Source: Rhodospirillaceae bacterium (lineage in GTDB: Bacteria > Pseudomonadota > Alphaproteobacteria > MPNO01 > UBA2964). From it: a DNA stretch of 64,000 nucleotides. Position numbers and translations under genes: made by a program. The first letter of the stretch is position 1. The number at the start of each line of letters is the position of its first letter. The DNA lies in contig JAYQSL010000007.1 of assembly GCA_038146865.1 (NCBI GenBank), positions 301,203 through 365,202 of the forward strand, given 5' to 3'. This document shows, piece by piece, positions 56,624 through 64,000 of the stretch. Below the pieces are notes generated by a model. The model did no database searches. It was not told where the DNA came from and saw only the letters and a program-made list of their open reading frames with translations.

Positions 56624-57610
56624 TTACTTAAGGAGAACCTTTTGAAATGCCGCGAACTCATCAGCAGGCATTTTTGCCTTTGCTGATTTCCAGTTGTTAC
56701 CATAAATGGTGTTAGTGAAGGCGGCACCTTCTGCGCCCTTAAGGTCAATGAATTTAACGCCATCTTTGGCGACTTTGTCATTGTCAATGTCGGCTAATTT
56801 ACGCATGTAAGCGCTGCTGGATTTATCAAAATCCAACCCGGCTTTATCAATGGCATCCCTTTGTTTTTTGTTGAGGGCATTATAAGCATCAAGATTCATG
56901 ACCACTGTCGATGAGGAACGAAAAAAACCAGGTCCGACTCGATATTTGATATACTTGGTCCAACCGTAGGCCATGATGCCACCTTCTGGCCAAGCAAGCC
57001 CTTTAACAACACCTCTTTCTAGAGAGGTGTAAACATCACCCGGGGAAATGCTAACCGGTCTTGCTCCCATCGCTTTAAGGAATGGGTGGTAAAGCGCGGT
57101 CGACCTCATAGTGGTACCACTTAGGTCAAGCCCTGTTTTGGCTGAAGCCTTAGGTGGCACTGTGAGGTAAATGTGGAAGTTACTCGACCCATCAAACGGG
57201 TGAGAAATCAAACGGGCATTTAGTCCTTTGCGAAAACATTTTTGGAAAAGTTCCCAAGCCCCATTCTTCCTGATTGCGTCCTGACCTACGTTGGACAAGG
57301 CGATAACCCTGGCGCAAGGAACTAGCCCAGCGTAGTAGGTGCTTGGTCCAAAATGAAACTTAACCACGCCCCGCTTAAGTGCTGCACCCTGCTTCTTATT
57401 TGGAATAACCTCAGGTCCGCCCTTGAGGTCCAAATTAATGCCTACTTTGTTATTCTTATTGAAAGGTTTATGAAAAAGGTCGATATAGGTCTTGGTTTGG
57501 TCATGGGTTGTTTTTAGGCTCACCACGGTAGGGAGATCTACTGCCCCAGCCGATGATGCAGCGATAGCTGCCACCGCAACCCCGCCTATCAAGAAATTAA
57601 AAAGCTTCAT
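56624..57610 (-). CDS. TRAP transporter substrate-binding protein (DctP family), system 2
   Basis: 328 aa. Signal peptide MKLFNFLIGGVAVAAIAASSAGA. Paralogous to 46905..47942, sharing the blocks GGPEVIP..K...ALKRG, KNGAWEL and TTMRSTALYHP. Confidence 0.8.
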   Translation of the reverse strand: MKLFNFLIGGVAVAAIAASSAGAVDLPTVVSLKTTHDQTKTYIDLFHKPFNKNNKVGINLDLKGGPEVIPNKKQGAALKRGVVKFHFGPSTYYAGLVPCARVIALSNVGQDAIRKNGAWELFQKCFRKGLNARLISHPFDGSSNFHIYLTVPPKASAKTGLDLSGTTMRSTALYHPFLKAMGARPVSISPGDVYTSLERGVVKGLAWPEGGIMAYGWTKYIKYRVGPGFFRSSSTVVMNLDAYNALNKKQRDAIDKAGLDFDKSSSAYMRKLADIDNDKVAKDGVKFIDLKGAEGAAFTNTIYGNNWKSAKAKMPADEFAAFQKVLLK

Positions 57611-57645
57611 TATTTCCTCCCGAGCTTCTACTTTTCTAACTAAAA

Positions 57646-57668
57646 TTCACGCGACACCTTGGCGTGAA
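57646..57668. promoter_or_regulatory. 7-bp perfect inverted repeat in the divergent TRAP-2 control region
   Basis: TTCACGC (57646-57652), a 9-nt spacer, then GCGTGAA (57662-57668), about 36 bp upstream of the DctP-2 ATG. It is a candidate operator or 5'-UTR hairpin. Confidence 0.3.
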
Positions 57669-57838
57669 GCATTATAGATTGTCAACCAAAACTACCGGTC
57701 GGCAGCGGAAGAAATCTTCTTTTTCCCAAAAGCACTATGAGAAAATTCGCAAAAACCGACGAGATTCGGCAAACTTTATTGATAGACCCGAAAAACTGAG
57801 GCTTAATAGTCGCCAAATGACATTAGGGGGGAACAGCC

Positions 57839-58351
57839 GTGAATTTCGTGGCGCAGATTTATAACAAGATTCTTTTTGGAATGGCCGCCTTGTCAGGCGT
57901 TGTAATCTTCGCAGCATTTTTGATGATTGTGACTGAGGTACTGTCCCGTTTCACTCCCATGCCCCCTTTAATATGGGTGCTAACATCGGTGGAATATATT
58001 CTACTTTGGTACACAATGTTGGCTGCACCGTATCTGGTCAGAATAAAGGGCCATGTATTTGTGGATGCGGTAACCCAGTTCCTGCCGCCGAAAGTCAAAT
58101 ATGTTACCGCGAAAATTGTGTACGTATTGTGCATCATTTGTTGCATCATTTATTGTACTCAGTGTTGGAATTTGTTCTCAGAAGCGTTTGCCACCGGAGA
58201 ACTTGATACGCGTAGCTTTGAAGCACCGGTCTGGATTCTCTTGCTTCCAATGCCTCTGTGTTTTGGTATGTGTGCGATTGAATTTATCAGATATCTAATT
58301 GGGATTGATGACATGTACTCCCAAGATCTACTTGAAAGGGAGAATGTCTAA
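57839..58351 (+). CDS. TRAP transporter small permease (DctQ family), system 2
   Basis: 170 aa with 4 TM helices and a GTG start. Paralogue of 48115..48630, with the same C-terminal ...YS.DL.E..... ending. Confidence 0.8.
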   Translation: MNFVAQIYNKILFGMAALSGVVIFAAFLMIVTEVLSRFTPMPPLIWVLTSVEYILLWYTMLAAPYLVRIKGHVFVDAVTQFLPPKVKYVTAKIVYVLCIICCIIYCTQCWNLFSEAFATGELDTRSFEAPVWILLLPMPLCFGMCAIEFIRYLIGIDDMYSQDLLERENV

Positions 58352-59661
58352 TGGAGTGGTATTGGGCATTAGCAACCCTTATTGGGATGGTAGTCTTTTT
58401 TATGGCTATGGGGATTCCCGTGGCTTTCACGTTTATTTTAACAAATATTATCGGCGTCTTGATTTTTTACGGAGATCCCTCTGGGTGGATCCAAATAGCA
58501 GATAATTCTACGCAGTTGATAACCAGGTTTACGCTTGGACCCGTTCCGATGTTTATCATGATGGGAGCTTTGTTTTTTCATACGGGGTTGGCAATAAGAG
58601 TTTTTGACGGCTTGGATGTCATCTTCGGAAGATTACCTGGAAGACTTTGCTTTCTCACAGTCGCCGGCGGATCTGTGTTTTCGACACTCACGGGATCAAG
58701 TATGGCTAATACAGCAATGCTTGGCTCTTTAATGGTCCCGGAAATGCAGAAACGGGGCTACAACCGACAGATGTCGATGGGCCCTATTCTCGGGACAGGG
58801 GGCCTTGCGATGATCATCCCTCCCTCTGCGCTCGGTGTTTTGCTTGCCTCTGTTGCAAATATTGATGTTGGTAAGCTTTTGATTGCAGGCTTTATTCCTG
58901 GTTTTCTGCTCGCTGGTCTTTACTGCATAATGATTTTCATTCAGCTGCGCATGAACCCAGAGTCCGCACCGGCTTACGATGTTGAGATGCCAAGCTGGGC
59001 CGAGCGGGCCAAAATAGTGTTTATAAACATTGTCCCGATGGGGATCATCGTTTTCATGGTCATTGGTTTTATTATTTTCGGTTGGGCCACACCTACTGAG
59101 GCCGCCGCTTTCGGTGTCCTGGGCGTGGTGATAGTTGCCGCCCTATTTCGGGTTTTAACGTTCACAGCTGTGAAAACTGCTGTCGAAGCTACCGTTAAAG
59201 TCGGAGCAATGGTGTTCTTCATCATCATGAGTTCAACGGTTTTTAGCCAGCTCTTGGCGTTTTCTGGTGCAAGCGCGGGCTTGCTAAAATGGGCGGTCAG
59301 TTTCGATGTTTCGAAATATTGGTTCCTGCTGATGATGTTTTTTATCCTGATCGCGCTCGGGATGTTTATGGATGCCACTTCTATGATGCTAATCACAGTG
59401 CCAATTTTTTTCCCATTGGCACAGCAACTCGGATTTGATTTAGTCTGGTTTGGCTTGTTTGTCCTCATGACTTTTGAAATGGCCGGGACGACGCCACCCT
59501 TCGGGCTTTTGCTATATGTTATGCTTGGGGTGGCGCCAAAGGGAACGACGCTGTTCCAAGTAGCAAAGGCTGCTTTCCCTTACCTTGTTTGCGATGCAAT
59601 TTTGATTTTATTATTGGTTGCGTTTCCAGCGATTGCCCTTTGGTTGCCAAGCTTCATGTGA
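58351..59661 (+). CDS. TRAP transporter large permease (DctM family), system 2
   Basis: 436 aa. Collinear with 48633..49949. Shared blocks: MEWY, GIPVAFTF, LPGRLCFLTV.GGS.FSTLTGS.MANTAMLGSL.VPEM, TTPPFGLLL. Confidence 0.9.
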   Translation: MEWYWALATLIGMVVFFMAMGIPVAFTFILTNIIGVLIFYGDPSGWIQIADNSTQLITRFTLGPVPMFIMMGALFFHTGLAIRVFDGLDVIFGRLPGRLCFLTVAGGSVFSTLTGSSMANTAMLGSLMVPEMQKRGYNRQMSMGPILGTGGLAMIIPPSALGVLLASVANIDVGKLLIAGFIPGFLLAGLYCIMIFIQLRMNPESAPAYDVEMPSWAERAKIVFINIVPMGIIVFMVIGFIIFGWATPTEAAAFGVLGVVIVAALFRVLTFTAVKTAVEATVKVGAMVFFIIMSSTVFSQLLAFSGASAGLLKWAVSFDVSKYWFLLMMFFILIALGMFMDATSMMLITVPIFFPLAQQLGFDLVWFGLFVLMTFEMAGTTPPFGLLLYVMLGVAPKGTTLFQVAKAAFPYLVCDAILILLLVAFPAIALWLPSFM

Positions 59662-59733
59662 TCCAATAAAGCCTGTAAGGCGCCTTGGACCCTCGGTTAA
59701 TAGTCGTTGATCTGCAGTGCCAGGTCCCTGTCT

Positions 59734-61803
59734 TCAGCGGCTCTCGCGTTGCCATGCGAACAGAAGGGCGCCGATCGCCAGTAGTAGAGCTAGCAGGCCC
59801 GGCAGAAGGGAGGTCTCTCTAACATCTCGGACTACGTAGCTTCGATTATCTAATACCCCTAGCCAATTACTTCCAGCAGCTCGACGTTCTGGTTGAACCC
59901 TGCGTATGGAGGGATAGCCTTCCTCAAGCCAGAAAATACCCCCTCCCAATTCACTAACAAAAGGAGAAAATTTTTTATCTGTTGCTTTCATATCCGACAA
60001 TTCTAGCGGATTAAGATTTCCAACGGGAGCGAGGGTAACATTCTTTCCATCTTCTATTCGATAGACACCCGTCTCAGGGGTATCCACAAATCCTCTAGCT
60101 GTTCCTCCCAAGCCTTCTTTCATTTCTGCAAAGAAGGATTTTCCAGATGGAGTCAAAACCTTCACTCTGTTCGTATTAGGCTGGAGGGATTGTCTGGTGA
60201 TAGCGAGCTGATTACCTTGGGTTTCGGCGCGCAATTTGTTTTCGTCTAGCTCGGGTTCTTTCATTAACCAGTGTGATATTCTTCGAAGTAACTCGACATG
60301 AGGACCACCTCCATCATAGCCGCGTGCCCACAACCAGATATGATCGCTAAGCAGTTGTGCAACCCGCCCTTTGCCGACGCGGTTGACAATTAATAAAGGT
60401 TTGCCATTGACCCCACTCATAAGCACATGGCCTGATCGCCGTTTAACTTCAATTTGGCGAAACCATTTTCCCCAACGGGGTAATTCCTCCCCCAGACCGG
60501 CTCCAGGTAAATCTCCCGTAATTGGATGCCTCTCTCCAGTTTTGGTAATTTTTGCGCGGACTGGGCCTGAAAAGACCCGGCCCGTTGGTTCTCCTGGGAA
60601 AATTTTCCCTAGCGGCGTGGCGAATAAAGTTTCCATGCTAGCAAACTCTGGGCCTGATGCCTCGAGAACGGCTCCTCCATTTTCAACATACTTCCTAATA
60701 TTGTCGATATATACAGAAGGAAGAACGCCTCGGCGTCGATAACGATCAAATATGATTAGGTCGAATTCTTTTAATTTGACTTCGAATAACTCTCGTACGG
60801 GAAAAGCGATAAGCGATAGCTCGCGCACAGGCGTCATATCTTGTTTTTCTGGCGGCCGGAGGATAGTAAAGTGCACCAGATCCACTGACGGGTCTGCTTT
60901 TAATAAGTTACGCCAAGTGCGTTCGCCAGGGTGTGGTTCTCCGGAAACCAAGAGTACCCGAAGGCGCTCTCTTACCCCATTTACAGACAAGACAGCTCGA
61001 TTATTGATCCTTGTAAGTTCTGAGGGGTCTGATTTGAGGCTTAATTGAATAATATTGGCACCGCTACGAGTTAGTTTGATCTTTATTGTCCTTGTTCTGT
61101 TCGGACGCATAATTACGGTTTGTTTTTTTTGGTCGCCAATCAAAATTTCAAGGGGAGTAGGACCAGAACTCGGCGTGTTGTCCTCCATGCGTAAGCTTAT
61201 TTCTATCTCTTTTCCGACTATTCCAAATTTGGGAGCGCGTTTTATGACTAATCGGCGATCAAATTCCGGCCGGTTGCCCGTTAAGAGAACATGAAAAGGG
61301 CCCTTTAAACCGAATGATGAGGCGTTTCCCGGTATGTCGTGCACTTGGCCATCTGTGATTAAGATGGTTCCCGCACGCCTCGATAAGGGAATATCGGAGG
61401 TCGCTTCTGTCAAAGCATCAAAGATCTCGGTTCCATCAACGCGTTTGCTATTGCTATTTTTAACAGCTCCCGCTCGAATGATTCGTGTTTCAAGGTTGCG
61501 CATATCTTGCATACGATTTTGCAAATATTTGAGAGCTGCCGCCGTTTGCGCCTTACGGTCTCTAATAGTTTGACTTGTGGATTCATCAATAAGGATTGTA
61601 AGGACATCATTGCGCGCCTCGCGATCCTCCTCAACCGCAACAGGGTTAATCAGGATCAAAATGAGAACCCCGATAGCCGCTGTCCGCCAACCCGAGCCTT
61701 TTGCTTTTTTTAAAAAGGAATAGGCCAGCAAGATAAAACTGCAAAAGCCCAGACCAATTATAATCCACCAAGAGAATAGGGGAGCGAATTCTAGAGACAT
61801 CAT
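59734..61803 (-). CDS. membrane protein with vWA-like domain (Bat-like operon, distal gene)
   Basis: 689 aa. Two N-terminal TM helices, a vWA/MIDAS-like block (VLTILIDESTSQ ... AGTILITDGQVHD), a large extracytoplasmic region and a C-terminal TM helix (LLPGLLALLLAIGALLFAW). Confidence 0.5.
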   Translation of the reverse strand: MMSLEFAPLFSWWIIIGLGFCSFILLAYSFLKKAKGSGWRTAAIGVLILILINPVAVEEDREARNDVLTILIDESTSQTIRDRKAQTAAALKYLQNRMQDMRNLETRIIRAGAVKNSNSKRVDGTEIFDALTEATSDIPLSRRAGTILITDGQVHDIPGNASSFGLKGPFHVLLTGNRPEFDRRLVIKRAPKFGIVGKEIEISLRMEDNTPSSGPTPLEILIGDQKKQTVIMRPNRTRTIKIKLTRSGANIIQLSLKSDPSELTRINNRAVLSVNGVRERLRVLLVSGEPHPGERTWRNLLKADPSVDLVHFTILRPPEKQDMTPVRELSLIAFPVRELFEVKLKEFDLIIFDRYRRRGVLPSVYIDNIRKYVENGGAVLEASGPEFASMETLFATPLGKIFPGEPTGRVFSGPVRAKITKTGERHPITGDLPGAGLGEELPRWGKWFRQIEVKRRSGHVLMSGVNGKPLLIVNRVGKGRVAQLLSDHIWLWARGYDGGGPHVELLRRISHWLMKEPELDENKLRAETQGNQLAITRQSLQPNTNRVKVLTPSGKSFFAEMKEGLGGTARGFVDTPETGVYRIEDGKNVTLAPVGNLNPLELSDMKATDKKFSPFVSELGGGIFWLEEGYPSIRRVQPERRAAGSNWLGVLDNRSYVVRDVRETSLLPGLLALLLAIGALLFAWQRESR

Positions 61804-61824
61804 GATGGTTTCATCCCTTATGCT

Positions 61825-64000
61825 CTACTGGCCTAATCTCTCAATGATAGAGGGTACGTGAACTTGGTCAGTCTTATAGTTTCCCGTCATCGCATACATG
61901 ATCCAGTTAACGCCAAAACGGAAAGCGTATTCACGTTGCCTCTCACCGTTGGGGACAACTGCAAACATTGGGAGTCCGTTTTTGTCCCTTGCCCATGCTC
62001 CCGCCCAATCATGGCTCCCAATGATTATTGATGAGACGCCATCATTATGGTTTCCCCCGCGTCGTTCTACCCAAACGGTACCTCCAGCCCACCTGCCTGG
62101 GAAACGGTCCAAAAGGTAAAATGCTTTAGTGAGCACATGGTCTGGAGGCACTTGCATTAGTGGAGGAACATCCAATTCGCCAATCAAATTTCTCAGCTTG
62201 GCTGAGGCAGAACTCCCCATGCCCAATATATTGGTGTTCACGCTCCCTTGTTCACGCGTGTCAAAAAGAATGGTGCCACCCGTCCGAAGATAGTTATTAA
62301 GTTTTGAGAGCGCCGCATCTGACGGGTTCCTTTGTGTTTCAACGACCGGCCAATAGAGCACTGTAAAAAAAGCGAGTTCATCTTTCTCTAAATTTACCCC
62401 GATTGGTTTTCCTGGTTCGATTGCTGTGCGGCTCTGGAGAACAACACTTAGACCCTCCATACCTGCTCTACTGACCGAGTCGATTTTGGCATTGCCGGTG
62501 ATAACATAGGCAAGGTGGGTTCCCAGAGTTGCCCGAAGCCCAAGCTTTTCCTGGGGTGTCTGTGGAGATGACACAATATTTTTCGGGAGTCCGGTTTGAC
62601 CTTGGGCGTTCGCTTCTGCCCCAAGGTCTATCGTAAATATCAATAATAGAAAGCCTAGACAGCCCAAAACCGAATTTTGGCGTGTTTTGAAATGCGGTTT
62701 CAGCCCCCGGATCGCAAGGCTGATAAAAAGGTCAAGAATAACAAGTATCAACGCTATAAGTAGCAGCGAGGGTTTAAATTCGATCTCTGTTCTCTCACTT
62801 AGTTTCTTTAGTTCTACGCCGTTAGGAATATTTTCTAAGGGTGTTAGATTATCTACACCAGAGGACAGATTTAATGTTATGCGTTGTCTCTTGGTTCCAT
62901 AATATCCTGGGGGATGGATATGCGATGTTTTTAGATTTGAGTAAGTTTTTCCACTAATAGAGATAGCTTGAGGCGGCGGTGCGCCTAAAACTCCGAAACC
63001 ATCCATGGTTTGAAGAGGCGGGTAAATCAAATCGCCGGTCTTTGTCTCCATGCCGCGGCTCAAAGCGATAATTCTGTTGAGCATTTTTATGAATAATCCT
63101 GAAATTGGTAAATTTGACCATTCAGTATTCGCGGTGACGTGAACCAGGACCAACCAACCTTCTCCTACTTGCTTCGCCGTCACCAGAGGTGTGCCGTCTG
63201 AGAGCCTAGCCCATGTCCGTTCTCTCAGGTTCTGGGTGGGTTCTGCGAGGATCTGTTTTTTAATTCTGATATCTGGGGGAATTTCGAGCCCGGCGAATGG
63301 ACTCGTCGAATGGAAGGGCATCAACTTTGCGGGCTTACTCCAAGACATAGTGCCACCCAACGCTCGTCCCGTATTTCTCAGCTTCACTGGCATAAGTGAG
63401 GGGTCAGTTCGCCCTAGGCCAGGCCCAGCAAAGCGCAATAGCACTCCCCCGCTCTCTAACCAGGTTAAAGCTTGTTTTGTCTCTGCACCGGTTAGATTTA
63501 TTGCATCCGCAAGAATGAGCATGGAAAGGTCGCGTTTCAACAGATTGTTTATGGGTCCTCTGAAAGTTTCACTAAAGGGTTCCAGCGCGCGCATGATATA
63601 AAATTCACTGCTAAGGAGTGGTTGTGATCCAGATCTCCCGTCTCGGGAAACAATACCTACGGGCCGCCGTCGCCAGTTTTCATCCAGTAGGAAGATGGAC
63701 CCCGCACTTTTATTCCCTTCAACTGAAATTCTAGCTGCCTTATTTTTTACCTCGCTTGGAATAGAAAAAATGACTTCTGCTGAGTTCTGACCATTCTGAA
63801 AGGCTGAGCTTGATCTGCTCAGCAGACGGCCATTTTTATCATCAATTCGGACATGCAGTTTTATCTCACCCTGTTTTTGAGCTCGGAGAACTTTTACCGA
63901 CAGGCCTCCCGGCTTGCTAATCGGACTTTTTATCAGCTGAGCGAGATCTTTTTGTTCCGGGACAAATAACTGCAGCGACCCACGTTCTTGAAGGAGGCCG
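61825..64000 (-). CDS. large membrane protein, DUF4159-like C-terminus (5' end beyond the right edge)
   Basis: The ORF track reports 61825..63594. I translated the same frame up to position 63999 and found no stop (...FYIIMRALEPF...), so the gene continues past the window. Internal TM helix LLLIALILVILDLFISLAI. The C-terminus FGVNWIMYAMTGNYKTDQVHVPSIIERL resembles DUF4159 as I remember it. Confidence 0.55.
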   Translation of the reverse strand, partial: GLLQERGSLQLFVPEQKDLAQLIKSPISKPGGLSVKVLRAQKQGEIKLHVRIDDKNGRLLSRSSSAFQNGQNSAEVIFSIPSEVKNKAARISVEGNKSAGSIFLLDENWRRRPVGIVSRDGRSGSQPLLSSEFYIMRALEPFSETFRGPINNLLKRDLSMLILADAINLTGAETKQALTWLESGGVLLRFAGPGLGRTDPSLMPVKLRNTGRALGGTMSWSKPAKLMPFHSTSPFAGLEIPPDIRIKKQILAEPTQNLRERTWARLSDGTPLVTAKQVGEGWLVLVHVTANTEWSNLPISGLFIKMLNRIIALSRGMETKTGDLIYPPLQTMDGFGVLGAPPPQAISISGKTYSNLKTSHIHPPGYYGTKRQRITLNLSSGVDNLTPLENIPNGVELKKLSERTEIEFKPSLLLIALILVILDLFISLAIRGLKPHFKTRQNSVLGCLGFLLLIFTIDLGAEANAQGQTGLPKNIVSSPQTPQEKLGLRATLGTHLAYVITGNAKIDSVSRAGMEGLSVVLQSRTAIEPGKPIGVNLEKDELAFFTVLYWPVVETQRNPSDAALSKLNNYLRTGGTILFDTREQGSVNTNILGMGSSASAKLRNLIGELDVPPLMQVPPDHVLTKAFYLLDRFPGRWAGGTVWVERRGGNHNDGVSSIIIGSHDWAGAWARDKNGLPMFAVVPNGERQREYAFRFGVNWIMYAMTGNYKTDQVHVPSIIERLGQ

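Noticed and set aside
1-64000. Searched by eye for CRISPR repeats, IS/transposase or integrase ORFs, toxin-antitoxin pairs, restriction-modification genes and known defence-system genes.
   Set aside because: I found none. The only nuclease-like gene is a lone 186-aa HNH protein (28839-29399). It has no methylase, ATPase or helicase partner and looks like a conserved housekeeping-context gene.

Overview
This 64-kb chromosomal segment reads like a free-living, probably marine, alphaproteobacterium. That assignment is an inference from gene order only: metX next to chorismate mutase-hisC-tyrC, ftsEX-ydcF-plsC, argH-lipoprotein-lysA-TIGR02302, etfBA-hbd, and a Coq7-type ubiquinone hydroxylase. 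I saw no rRNA, CRISPR array, transposase, integrase or phage genes, and one tRNA, Leu(CAA). Layout: (i) 1-25.8 kb is densely packed housekeeping (amino-acid and purine metabolism, cell division, electron-transfer flavoprotein). (ii) 25.8-39.3 kb is an accessory-looking patch around the tRNA. It holds three TauD/TfdA dioxygenase paralogues, hydrolases, a thioesterase, GlcG, an SDR, a TauE exporter, an aquaporin, Zur and a frameshifted VOC gene. (iii) 39.4-59.7 kb is a catabolic and uptake island with no regulator. It contains a three-subunit molybdenum hydroxylase + crotonase + amidohydrolase-2 operon facing a UbiD decarboxylase, two paralogous TRAP transporters, an HCHL-type hydratase/lyase with a Lys/Ala-rich tail, a GST split into two coupled ORFs, and a Liv-type ABC importer. 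(iv) 59.7-64 kb is the distal part of a Bat/DUF4159-like membrane operon that runs off the right edge. The best candidate for something undescribed is the Mo-hydroxylase/crotonase/amidohydrolase // UbiD-TRAP module. Its protein-family content only partly matches known furoate/FDCA or picolinate routes, and it lacks the CoA ligase, UbiX and regulator those routes need. All calls come from reading the translations and DNA by eye. No database search was run.
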